63,592 bases of DNA, filler included, from Choristocarpus tenellus KU-1152 (GCA_964200185.2; 12 parts of 12 records of this genome joined end to end with filler, not necessarily neighbours in it), one strand, 5' to 3'; shown: positions 49,942 through 62,849, numbered from the whole stretch's first letter. Notes: generated by a model not told the origin, from the sequence alone. Made by a program: numbers and translations.

Positions 49942-51990
49942 ATAATTAATTCTGTCAGGAATCGATACGCAACGAGATGAAACCTGCAAAGTACAAGGGT
50001 GATTAGAGTAAAGTTGGATTGCAGATGTATGCCAACAATAAGCTGACTTAGTGCAACATATTCAAGTTGTAACAATGTCTTCACCCACTGATCCAATAAA
50101 TTTGGAAGATTGCTTCACTGCTGAGGTTGTTGCATTAACAAAATGAGTTTGAGGCAGTGGATTTTGATGTGGCCTTTTTGAGTGGTCAACCGTTGTAGGC
50201 TTTTCCACTGTAGGGTTAGAGCCTAAAGAAATGCTGGAAAGATATTTCTGAGACTGTGGTTGTCCAAATGCACCATCAAGTGGCCGGTTTGAGTGACAAC
50301 TTGGTGGGTTATCAACTTCTGAGTCGGATTCCAAAGAAAAACTGCAAAGCTCTGGTGTAGACATGTTTTGCCCATGTCTTTTTTTGTTTAGTCTATCTGA
50401 GTGACAGTTTGTAAAAGCAACGCACACTACTGAGAAGGAACCCAATGGATTAACACATCCTCAAATATCAGTCCTATCAACAAACTCTGAACCTGACACA
50501 ATACAAGAAGGAACTACTTGTTCTGCGCAGCCCTATGCACGCTTTGTACCTTTCCCCTTTCCCCCTGAAGCCCTACAGGTAGCATGATCTTGGGGAGTAG
50601 ACTACTCTAAGCCCTATACTGACAAAGAGGTAGTAAGGGCTGCAACAAATTATTGCATCATCTCATTAGAGGTATTAAGTGTGAGCTGAGCGGTGGTGCA
50701 GGGACAGTAGTCCGGTCAATAGATGTCACCATCTGGGTTGAAAAAACACCGGTCAGTGCTGTGTCCCTTCCACGATTTAGCACTACAGGCAAGAAACTCA
50801 CAAAAAAGATTTCGGGAATCTGCACTAGATCACTTCTTCTCGATGTTCTCCAGCGTAGGTGTAGTTCCATGAGTGGAAGATGGTTGGACCGTTTCCTTCC
50901 TATTCCACAACATCTTAAGTTCTGCGTGCTGTTCTTGTGGCAATTTCTGTTGTGCCTCAAGGTTGGAGAATCTCAACTTGGTTAGTGATGACAGATTTTC
51001 CGTGACAAGAGTTAAAATTGAAATGCCGCAGTACAAACAGTCCCTGAATTTGAGGACTGATTGAGATGCATTTGTTAGTGCAGCGTCATCAACCAGTGCA
51101 TTAAAATCCTTGGGTGGGTTGGGCAGGGATCGGATGGCCCATAAAATGGAGGGTTGGGTGCCAAGGTTGAACATGAATATGACTAGGCAGTCCGGTACTT
51201 TAGGTTGGCCTTCATCATTTACAGGAAAGGTTCTAATGAAATTGCATACTGTATCCCACACTATTCTTCCAAACACCCTCACCCGTTCCTATTCAGGGAT
51301 GTTGAGGTGTATGGTGGTTCTCAAGCAATCATTCCAGGGAAACTGCGAGCGAAACTGGCAGAAAATTCAACTACCAACAGGTCCCAAGATTTCAAGTTTG
51401 TCGAAGGAAGAAACTTTGGGCGTCGCTTTGGGATGCAGAGTTACTTGGTGGATGCATGTGTACAAAATTTTTGAATGCACAAGTTATCCAATGTTGCTCC
51501 TACTCCTCATCCTCGTTCTCAGGTAATGATTCCTTTTTCTTCCATCACCAACAAATTCTGGACCGGTATTGTCATAATACCGAGATGAGGTCTGATGCAG
51601 TAGCAAATTGCCTACCATTCTTATCAAATTCAAATAATTTGATCGTAGTCCGATCCTCAGATGAGAAAGGGTTAAGAATGTAAGGGCGTTAGCTATCCGA
51701 GCATTGATCCAACTTATCTGTACAACCACTTAGATTCTGGTTTGATGACGCCTGATATCTAAAACCACTAGTGCATGGTCATGGAGTCCGCCTGAGCGAA
51801 GTCCAGGAGGATTTTCTCCACTGCATCCTCAGGGACGTCATTGGTGCTGGGTCGTTGGTCTCGCAGCTCTCCTCTGCAACCCCGAACTAGTTAGTAGATG
51901 GGGGTGCCGTATTGCAGGGGAATCTGTCCCTGGGTTGAACCCCCACTGTCCCGTTTTGTTCAAGCGAGCCTCCTAGGTCGCCATCAAAAC
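49942..51990 (-). pseudogene. gag region of the same Gypsy
   Basis: Collinear minus-strand ORF pieces (50830-51282, 50658-50960, 50062-50445) upstream of the protease junction. Confidence 0.6.
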
Positions 51991-52849
51991 AAATTAATAA
52001 TATATTGGTGATTCCCCGAAATGACTGGCCTGGAATATTGCTCAGGTTCGCTTCGGAACGTGGTGTTCAAAAACGACAAAGAAAAGTGCGCGCAAAACAC
52101 ATATATTCGCGTGAGGAAAACGGATTGGAATGAGATCAGGATCAACACAACCTGTTGATAGGGGACGTTTATGTATTAATCTGAGTTTTGGGGATGGGAG
52201 AATTCTGGTAGGAATGACGTACAGGGAAGGGAGGGTTGACTAGGGAAAAAATATATATCAAAGCATGGACGAAGAGTTAAGTACTGAGTGGATAGGAGGT
52301 AGAAGAGGTAGGAGAGAAGTTAAAAGAAATAGGTGGTAGGAAGAAGCACGAGGTAGGAAGGAGTAGTCAGAACTTAAGGAAAGTCTGAGGTTGGTGGTAC
52401 GGGACAATCAGGGTTAGAACATGAAAACCTCTGAGCAATCTCTCATGGCAAAAGAAGGAGATAGAGAGTTTGAAGAAAACAATGCATTATGGGGAGGATT
52501 TATTGGAAGAGGAGACAGAAGGAGGGGTGATGAAGAAGAAAGGATGAGAGGAGGGATGAGTGAACAAAAAGGGGTGAGGGAGGAGGAGGATAATAGGGAA
52601 GAGGTAGCGGCAAGAAGGGTGCGTGAAGAGATTGAGCAAGTCAGGAGGAACATGGGAATCAGTGACGGGGGTGAGGAAGAGAAGAAAGGGGAAGGGGACG
52701 CGAAAGAAGAGAAGGAAGGAAGTGGAGCGAGAGTGATTCAAATCAATTACGGGCACTGTCTATGGATGTGGCTGAACTAACAAAAAGGATTGATCGCATT
52801 ATGATAGTATGGGGGGGGGGGGCAAATTAGCTAAGCCCACCAGCACAAC

Positions 52850-54140
52850 ACGACATGAGCATATTGATAGGGTGGGATGGTAGAAATACGAGGGGGCAAG
52901 GAATCATATCCTTATCGACGTTGGTAGAGAGGATGAAGGAGAAGTTAATAATCGAAGTATGGAAAAAGTTCAATGTCAGGAGAGATTTCGTTCTACTAGG
53001 GTACATTCCCCTCTTCATTCAGCCAGGTGACGCGGGATCCATGCGCGAAAAACTGCAACGGATTATCGATGAGAAAGCCGACATTACAGAAGTGGTGGCT
53101 GGGCAGCTGGGTAATCTAACGACATTCAACTTTAAGAAGAACATCCCAAAAGTAGAACTGGAGAGACCAACCAATAAAGGAGACTGGGGAGATGCCTGAT
53201 AACTTTGACTGCTTTGTATCAGCAATGGGAAAAATCTGCAGATACGGGGAGGAGTGGAGGCCTGAAGAGAAGAGGACGACGAAGGTGATAGAAGAATTAG
53301 AAGAGGCTAGGAGTAAGGTGAGGATGTTGTACTGGGCCAATAAACCCATAATGACAGAACATCCGAGGATCGTCGACCTTGTTTATCGAGCAGTGAGGGA
53401 AGACCTCGAATCTTGGGCCAAATAAATATCAATGACTACAGAGATTATAGGAAATAAATACAATGCACCCCCCCCTCCTGAAGTGTGGATCCCACTTTCC
53501 CCTCCACCTCGGTTAATCAGCTTGGAATTCACATTGAGTCGGGCAAAGAATATGATGCCGACATTGTACAGCGCAGAACCACGATCAGGATCCATGAGGA
53601 GAGCGGGTACGTAGGGGGAAACCAGATCATTAAAGTCCCCAAGGACGGAAGAACGCGTACAAGAAGGAACATGGAGTGAGGGGGGAAGAGAATATAATCC
53701 ATTCTTTGCACTTGTGGCAGGGAAGGAATGTGACTTCCTGAAGAGACATGGGATCTGCAAGTTTGACCACTTTAAAGAAGGGGAGGAAAACAAGAAAGGG
53801 GCTAAGGCACAGGGTATATCCACCAAGCAGGAACCCTGAGGATACGTGCCCATCCCCCCTGGGATGGGCAGTAAAGCGAGACCCATGGATGTCAGCGCTA
53901 CCACAGAATGTGCACCAGACAACAGGGATTCCAAGACCAGGGTCCTTACACCGGGTAATTCAAGGCAGAGTCGGAGGGGAAGGTGGGGGTAGATACAGAA
54001 TTGAAGAGTGGTTTGGGATTTGGGAGAAGTTAAAAAGAGAGAAGGGATTCGAAAGTTCATTGAAGGAGTTGAACGAGATAGTGAGTAAGGGAGAGGGTTA
54101 CTTGACGAGTATGAGGGTGATTAGGGAGACTGGTTGCTAG
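52850..54140 (+). pseudogene. Decayed ORF1/gag-like coding remnant of an unclassified retroelement
   Basis: Collinear frameshifted ORFs; CDFLKRHGICKFDH zinc-finger-like motif. Confidence 0.3.
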
Positions 54141-55550
54141 GCTGGGAAAGAGATGAGCCCTGAACGCATGAATTGGCGTAGGATTGAATGTCACTTTGGA
54201 AAGAAGATAGGATTCATACAGATAGAGAGACCGCGACAAGTAGTTCAAGTTGGGGTACCAGTATGCGTGAGAGGGGAGGGAGGGTAAGGTAGAAGGGAGG
54301 TTGGAGTATGGAAACATACCATCTCCCCTTCCCGACCAAGGGGCTGTTCCTGCCAATCAACACATGNNNNNNNNNNNNNNNNNNNNNNNNNNNNNNNNNN
54401 NNNNNNNNNNTTAATTAATTAANNNNNNNNNNNNNNNNNNNNNNNNNNNNNNNNNNNNNNNNNNNNCCCGCCCCCCCAGATACTTTGGGTCTGAATCCCA
54501 CTTCTATTTCTTACTGGGTTTGATTTATTTAGTCTCACATTATTAGTACACTGTTTTTGAGAACGTGTTTTTGCGAAAAGAGTGATGGGCAAATCCTGCA
54601 TTTCTAAGTGTACCTACTATTGGCATGAGACAACCAATAAATTCAATCTTCACACGTTTACCTAAGTAATTTACTTTGCTTAGGTAGCTTTTGTCCAGCT
54701 GCATTTTTTCGGTGTGTATGCAAAACATGCCCAAGGACTAGGGGTGCTCTTTGGGGGGGTCATTGTGCATAATAGCCTTTGAATTTCTTATCAGAACAAC
54801 CCACAAAGGTAGCATTCGAGCTTTCGAGTGGAGTACAGGACAGGTGGATTATGGCGGTATTGGTTATCAATAATAGGTTCAAGGTTGTTCATTAGCTGAG
54901 CAATGCGAAGGTTGAGGGTTGGAAAGAATGAAGAAGGTGCAGAAAAGAAGAGTGGATCTCCTCAACAGAGAGGGGGACTACATTGTCAGCAATTCAATCT
55001 CGGAACAATGTTCCTTTCTCTGCTTCGCTCCTTTCTCGGATCTCTTCTTTCCTCTATTTTACTATTTCTCATGTAAGCTTTCACAAAAAAGTTAAAATGC
55101 ATGTTCTTGAACACACTCCCCTGCTTTGAACATCCAATGAAAGTTACGTTTCGTAATCACTCAACCACTCAACCCTGAAATATATATCACAGACACCAAA
55201 TCAGTCCCACTTCATTCTACCCAGGATGATGCTAAATACCTACTAAATGATTCTGTTGACATACCCTCTTTTTTTTTAGTACGCATGTTGGAACTCAATA
55301 GGCAATACCAAATTACAATTTTCCCTTTTCCTGTACAAATTGGGTAAATTGTGGTACCCGATACCAGTATCCTTAATCCTACCCACCGACAGTCTTTTGA
55401 GCGATATCGATAGCATCCTCTTTGTCAAGACCTGAATCGAATGACGCGCGCTTTCTTTTGTAATGCGTAGTTTGTGATGCAAAGGAGTGCCGTGGTGCAG
55501 CAAAGCACCAGTAAATCTATTCTGTTGCAACTGATGTCATGGGCTGCTCA

Positions 55551-55780
55551 GAGTGAAAGCATCTTAGAGGGTACGAGTTTTCCCCTGTTTGTCCGTTTGG
55601 GGCTTGGCTTCCCACGGATTTTTTACGACATTTTACCTACTCCAAAACATGTCTAAGGTTTGGAGTAGGTAAATTGTGTATGTTATAAAAGGTGTGTCTG
55701 GAACAAGGATATTGACACTTCCTACATTGGATTTTGGCGCGCAAATGGACGCGACTCTACCCTCAGAGATACTTTGACTC
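55551..55780 (+). mobile_element. MITE family 1 copy (3-bp TSD TCA), internally deleted
   Basis: GAGTGAAAGCATC...GATACTTTGACTC. Confidence 0.88.
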
Positions 55781-58669
55781 TCAGTCAGAAGATGGATGAT
55801 GTGTATTCGATGATCTTCCTTGGTACACTAAAATGAAGAAATTCATGCTCTAAGAAGAGGCGTATTACCTAGGCGGACAAGGGCTTCTTCTGTGGATGTT
55901 TTAACTCTGAATATATGGCATCGAGGTGTGTATCAGGTACACTTAACACAGAGTGAGCTTGGCGTCTTATGAGGGGACAATGCTAACCAAGAAAAGTAAT
56001 AAACAATTGACATACAACTAACTGCAGTTTTCTCTTGTAAAGAAGAAGGGAAAACTAAACACAAAGAAATGTCACGGATAGGTCCCCTTGGAAACTAATC
56101 TCAGTCCAATCCACATCCGTGCGCACACCCAAGTGTATTGCGCGCACATTTCTTTGTCATGACTTTCCCCCCAACATCAAACACAGAAAACGTTTGAGAA
56201 CCCTCAGACCACTTGCCGTTGAAAGTTTACAAAGATGTGTCGTCACTCATCGCATCTGAGATCCGATAAAATATTTTCTTAAGATTTGATAACCGATAGA
56301 GCTTTGGGTTGCTGAAAGCACCCCACCGTGACACAACTGGTGATTTTGAACACCCCTCAAGACTGATTGGACCCTACCTCACGACAGTGGGCTACTCACG
56401 CCGACAGTCTAAAGGGGAATTCACCAAGTTAGAAGTCTGTATCATGGCAGCATCAAACAAAGATGCGGCTGAAGACAAGTGCGAGTTTGAGGATGCAAAG
56501 GCAATACTCAACCTACTCAAGATAAGATATTGTCATCTCCATCAAACTCACCTGGCACATCCGCAATCCTGACGACTGATTTAGTCGAAGGTATACACTG
56601 GGAGACTCATAGAAACAAGAAAGGAAGGCAACGGACAAACTAGGGTCCCTTTCCATTTTGATACACCATCGGGGTATTGGGTTGCACGGTTCAGGGCGAA
56701 ATTGAAGAGGAATATGAAATCTTGATGGAGGTCATAGATGATAATACCAGTCCGCACATACTCAGAGTCTTGATACGTGTCAGCCTTCATGATTCGCGCT
56801 AGCCGTCCGTCTCAATCCCGACAGCCACATTCAATCTGGTTGAAGTTACTCACGGACAGATAAGTGCAGGACGTCGTTCTAGTCGCCATTTATGGGGAAA
56901 ATTCTCTCTGCCAAGACATTAAAGATGTCAAAGCCTTTGAGGCAGATAAAGGAGGGAGACAAGGCGTAACTGTGTTTAATTAACGGATTTTTTTTTTTGG
57001 CCTTTCCTAGTTAATGTTATCCTACCCATTGGGGAAAAAAACCTTGTTTTGTTTGGTTATCCCTAAANNNNNNNNNNNNNNNNNNNNNNNNNNNNNNNNN
57101 NNNNNNNNNNNTTAATTAATTAANNNNNNNNNNNNNNNNNNNNNNNNNNNNNNNNNNNNNNNNNNNNGGCCTCAACTACCAGCATGGAGAGCGGCAGGGA
57201 GGGTGGCAGACAGGAGCGAGGGCAGAACCACTGAGGGAATCTGACACTGTCACTGTAGGGTGGCTAGAGAGAGCAAGGGTTTTGAGCGGTAGGAGAGCAT
57301 CAGAGATGAGAAAACACTTGCGCTATTCGTTTGTAACAGTTCCACCATGTCATCTGCGCCCTGTTGTACCTCTACCTCTTCCCTGTGTACTGCAGTATAC
57401 CATATAATGTTCCTTCCATTCTATTGAACCAAATCAATTGAGAGGTGAGCAGGGTTACATTTTTCGGATCCCAAGAAAGGATAACATGAAACAATTTTGT
57501 AGAATTACAGAAAGAGCCTTTGCTTAAACTGTGGTATCACTTTGTGTGTGTAAAAAGGAATATTTTTTCCGTACTCTACTGTGCATATAAAGGAATGGAG
57601 TTGAGTTTCTTTAGAGTGCAAAAGGGTCCAAACCTGCCTACCTCTCTATTGGTTTGGCTCGATTACGATTAATACTATAGTTCAGCCATCTCTCCCCTCA
57701 TTCCTTCCCCTTTTCCCTCAAACGTTGTCCTGTGATCCACTGCTGGCATCATGGTAGCTCGAGAGAGCTTATCTGTTGTGAAATCTGTGATCTTGTATAT
57801 CGTGCCAGAGTAGTGAGAAAAGGTCCAACAATAATACATTGGAGAAAGTTATTGTCTTCTTGTCCGTGTGTCGTGTTGCTGCGCTCTTGTAAGTGCAGAT
57901 ACAAGCATGCAATACCAAGTGAAATTTACGTACTATTTTTCGTTTCGCTAGAAAAGGATATATTTAGTGACGCACAGAATGATGAGTCAGATGGTGATGG
58001 TGGTGCCTTCTGACTCAGGGTAGACACGAGGTAAGTGGAATGCCCCACAACTGCATGGACAGCAGGCTACTATCAAACAATACTAAATTTTGTGAGTCAC
58101 GTTTATCTCATAGTCTTGATCAGTGGTAAACTCCCATTTTCACCAGCCTTCACCACTGTGCTATCAGAAAGAAAATCAACAGCAGTGAGGTTGATATTAT
58201 TGCGGTGAAGAGATATTACAAAAACGTTCCCACAGCTCACCATGATGGAGTATGTAGGTCCAATCTACAAGCCTGCATACTGATCTATACTCTAGGGGGT
58301 AGCGTGTAACGTCACAAATCACATACTCCAGCTGATGCACTAGATCCCAAATCACTATCTCCAAGGAGATGACTTTATAAAGTGCAGGCACCTAAACGCC
58401 TGTTGTATGTCACGCAAAGCACTTAAAGATCGATGAGTGCTGACAGTCCATGTGCCCAGAAAAAAAAAAACGTAAGGAAGCTGTAGCCACTGAACCCGAA
58501 ATTATTATCCTTGGTACAGTTTTCCTAGGCAGGGTACCACCCGAACCAGACCTTGATCAGGGGTCAAGGACACAGCCAACCGTCGGTCCATGCATTGTAG
58601 GAGGCATTGTTGACCACAAGCGAGGTGTTAGAAGTAAATAAATAAAATCCATGTACCGATTTCACTTTC

Positions 58670-59540
58670 AAGTGACATTTTTGTTTTAATTGAGACACGA
58701 TTCTTGTCTTGTATTTTTGTGCTATGATAGTTGTGAAGCAGGAGAGTCTTGCTATGACACTTCCTATTTTGATTATATTGTAAGACGTTTGTCATTATTT
58801 GTTTGTATGTTCATAGTTCCTAGGGAAGGTAAGTCTTTCCATGGCAGCACCCTACCTATGCGACTGAGAGGCATTGTGTTGGTGTCCTATACTTGCTTGT
58901 GTTTGTAGTTCTGAAGGGGGAAGCGTTAATGGCAGTACCCTATTTCAGTGCTATTGTGATTTTGCATCCATGTTCATTTGTGTTGATATTTGTGAGGGGG
59001 AAGAGTATTACTATGACACTCCCTATTTTTATGTTATTTTGAGACAGTCTTTTTTTTGTTTGTATGTCTTATTTCATAGGGAGCGCAAGCCTTAATAGGG
59101 CAGCACCTTATTTTTGTTTGTTACTGTGAGACATTATCTCGGTGCCCTATAGTTTGTGTTTATAGTTGTGAAGGGGGGCAGTCTACGGCAGTACCCTATT
59201 TCAGTGCTATTGTAATTTTTGTGCCTGTATTCGCTTTTATTGATAGTTGTGAAGTGAAAGAGACTTGCTGAGATACTCCTATTTTTATTTTTTTATTGTA
59301 AGTTGTATTTTTTATTACATGTTCATAGCTCCTAGGGAGGGTAAGCCTTTCCATGGCAGCACCCAATCTCTTTTGTGACCGTGAGTCATTGTATTAGTGT
59401 CCTGTCATTGCTGTGTTTTAGTTCTGAAGGGGGAGAGACTATGGCAATGCCCAAGTTCAGTGCTAATATGGTTTTGTGTCTGTATTTGTGTTTGTTTAGC
59501 TTGGAAGGGGGTGGCGTCTTTTTAGACAGTGCCCTACTTC
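58670..59540. repeat. Higher-order tandem repeat, ~257-bp unit of three ~85-bp subunits, about 3.4 copies
   Basis: GATA.TTGTGA.G starts at about 58726, 58985 and 59242; each subunit carries TAGTT...GGGGA...ATG[GA]CA..[A]CCCTA. Confidence 0.8.
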
Positions 59541-59831
59541 TGGGGTAGGAGTTTTCTTTTGAACGTTGAGTCAAATGCAGAGTGAGTGCCGTGAGGTAAA
59601 AGAGTGTCGCACCAACATATCTGTCGTCAGGGCAAACATTGGAAGGGAGTTTGCCTCCAGGTTCCATCCTCCACTGGATCCCCAGTGATGCCTACTGATT
59701 TGTTAGGACCTGGAAGTAACATTCATTTCATTTCTGCTACGTTCATGATAGGATAAGGAGTGACATTATATTTCCTTGTCCAATCGCCTGTTTATCGCAT
59801 TGGAGAAGTTATGGTCCATGCTAGGGGGGCA

Positions 59832-60139
59832 TGTTACAGGCGTCGAGTCTTAATGGCGGTTTCATAAACACCATTATGACCTTGAAGTCCTAGATTTGAT
59901 ATATTTGTACTTCTTGACTATTTATTAATTTAGTTATTATCAGGTGGTACATCCTTGCCAGTTCCTTTTATACAATGGCATTGATGATGCTTATAAAGGA
60001 ATAATCCAAGAGAGAGATCCAGCATACTTCACAACTTGTGCATCATCAGGAATCCTTTACGTGCACCAGCGTCATCTACAGGCCTGTAGATTGGAGCTGT
60101 ACATCCTGTGGAGGTAAGCTTCTGGAGCGTGCTGTAACA
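59832..60139 (+). mobile_element. Complete Gypsy LTR (subtype C, 308 bp) with PPT upstream and PBS downstream
   Basis: GGGGGGCA|TGTTACAGGCG...GCTGTAACA|TGGAGGTCCTACCGAGAC. Confidence 0.9.
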
Positions 60140-62788
60140 TGGAGGTCCTACCGAGACTTCCATGTTGTAAAAGCTCTATCAAGACGTATCACATGTTAAA
60201 AAAGCTGGAGATACTGAGGAGAAGGGCAAGGAGGGACTTGTTAGATTCTTGCGATGGTTCCCTACCTCCTCGCCCTGGGGTATAGGGTAAAGCTAGGTTG
60301 GAGGCATAGGAGGGCAGTGGTGTAGCATAGCTGGTAGTCGAATAGTAAATTGACGGTAATTATATTTTTTCATATGTACGACAACTGCTACTTTCACAGG
60401 GGTCCTTGTGATATTGAATTGACTTCTTTCTCCTCGGACACATTTTGCAAAATGTAGAGGGCATAATAATAATATAAATTTATTGGTGATTGGTCCTGCC
60501 TACTGTCACTTTTACAGGGTTCGTGAGATTGGTTTGGTTTTTCCCTGACATAACTGTTTCACATTTACAACAGGGTCAAAGTATCTGGGGGGGCATTTGT
60601 CGGCGTCCGTTTTTCACCCTTTTTCGATTTTCACTTTTTTGGTGTGATTTGGTCGCACGTGTCAGATTTGCAATGTTAGCAAAAAAAAGAGTTGCTTGAC
60701 CGAAACGGACGCCCCCTCACAAACCCCTNNNNNNNNNNNNNNNNNNNNNNNNNNNNNNNNNNNNNNNNNNNNTTAATTAATTAANNNNNNNNNNNNNNNN
60801 NNNNNNNNNNNNNNNNNNNNNNNNNNNNGGGGGGCGATTATCCCTCAAGGGAGGTTGCAACAACTTCAGTTCCCGTCCCCACTATCAACATCGTGATAAA
60901 TTCCTGTCTAAAACAATCACCAATGCATCCGTTTGATACATACTTCCATTTGAATCTATCATATTTTACAGCCACTGACATTTTATGATGTTGGCAAGGA
61001 TAAGCACTTCCAGAAGAATGTAACATACCCCAAAAAGGAGTCAGTATGTATCACTTACAATAACGACCTTGCTGCACTGCAGTTGCACTATTAGTATTAT
61101 ATACTAGTATTACAAAGTAAAAAAACTAGAAACACATTATACAGATAGATTAGCACTGTAAAGGCTGTCTAGATATGAGGGAAGAATCCCAGGAGTCTGC
61201 CACATTCCATTTGTTTTAACATTTTTGGAAACACCTTGAAGGTGAAAGAAGTAAGCCTCTGAGATCAGGTCTCATCAAGCTTCGTAGTCTGTAACCCCTT
61301 CTACCGTAGCGCGTAACTAGATCAAACGGCCCTTAATGAGATTAATCCAAGGTGGATGAGGATAACAGTTGCTGCATAGATACGCTGTTAATGATTGCAC
61401 TTACCCTGTAGACCATCAAGTAAATATGACTGACATTGTGCAGCTCTTTTGATCGTTAAGAGAAAACTAGCACAAGGATAAAGAATAGATCTAGTCTAGT
61501 ACAGCATCAATAGTGAATGACTGTCTTACCCTGCTATACTTTCCTTGTGAAAACATACACACCAAGGCAGTCGTAAGTAGGCAGTTTTCTGTCAGGCAGG
61601 AAAGCAGTACCAAGCAGTACCAGAAGTGGTTGGCCTCATCTGATCTGTTTGCGTGTAGCAATGGTGTATTATGCATGGAACACATCGACCGTCACGATAA
61701 TGTGATGATATGAAGCAGGGAGAAGCGGGCAGCGGGGGAGGGAGAGGCAGGGGGGAAGGGGCAAGACAAGTGGCAGGGGGTAGGGCAGGGGATAACGGAT
61801 GCATACCATTTCCAATGGTTGCTTCTTGCGCATTACCCACCTTGCCCTCAGCTACCCATGCATTGCCACATGAGAATTGCATACAAACCTGATTCGCCTT
61901 TGGTTGTCACCCTGCAGACACATTAGAGCTCCACCACAGCACCCTATAGACAAGCAAAATCATACCTTACCTATTTTGCCCCATGGCGCCCTCCAAAAGC
62001 AAGCCATTTGCCTGACCCCTCTACAGCAACTCTACAAACCCGTCCCTAGTAATACCACTTCTACTGCTACTGCAACCTCATTTCCTTTCTTGACCGTTTG
62101 CTGATTCTCATCCTCCCAGCTCCACAATCAATGCAGCTATCCAACATCTGTGTGATTTCCCAACCATCCAGAAAACAAATGCATCCCATCCTTCTTCAAC
62201 ACTTAAACTCAACTGTTACATCTTACCACATTTGCCTCCTTCCACTCCTACCTTCTTCACCATATACCTCCCTGCCCCTGCCAGGAAGACCACCTGAGTC
62301 CTTCTCACTACTCTTACCCATCCCACCAAACACTTAACCATCACTAATAAAGCTCATCTCGCCATTTTGTCGGACCCCCACTCCAGAAAGAAACACACCA
62401 GAGACCTCTAACTACAACCTGTATCACAATTCATCACCTCATATACCTCTCTCACTGTTTGCTTAGCTGTCCATAGAAAAGAGAGACACAAGAGACACTA
62501 TTAGCACAGCGCCTTTCACCCACAAGCTTCATGACAGTCAACCTGTGATCGGACTGCAACATCCCCAGCATGTCATGTGCACAGCGACTAAAAGGACCGC
62601 CGTCCTCTCCCCCATCTTGAGCTATCTGCACAAGTCTCCACCAAACTCCCAATGTCTCCTTCAGATGATTCTCCAATCAAACCTGGTCCTCTAGCCTCTG
62701 CAACACCTCACTCTCTCCTATTGTCCAGAGCCTCCCCATTTTGCCACAGGGCAACACATGGGAACAACAAGGCTGAGGCCATCAAGAG

Positions 62789-62849
62789 TTAACGACGGCG
62801 CTTGTCTCCTCCATCCGTCCGCCCATCACGGCTCCTGCTGCGCTTGCGC
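62789..62849 (-). CDS. Probable terminal exon of an RS/basic-tailed protein
   Basis: CCTAAT branch-like site, pyrimidine tract, TTGCAG| then RKRSRSRDGRTDGGDKRRR*; GC-rich relative to its flanks. Confidence 0.4.

Noticed and set aside
52421-52780. Glu/Arg/Gly-rich ORF
   Set aside because: Product of purine-skewed low-complexity repeat sequence.
56309-56790. Short convergent ORFs as real genes
   Set aside because: No motifs, splice signals or codon evidence that I can defend.
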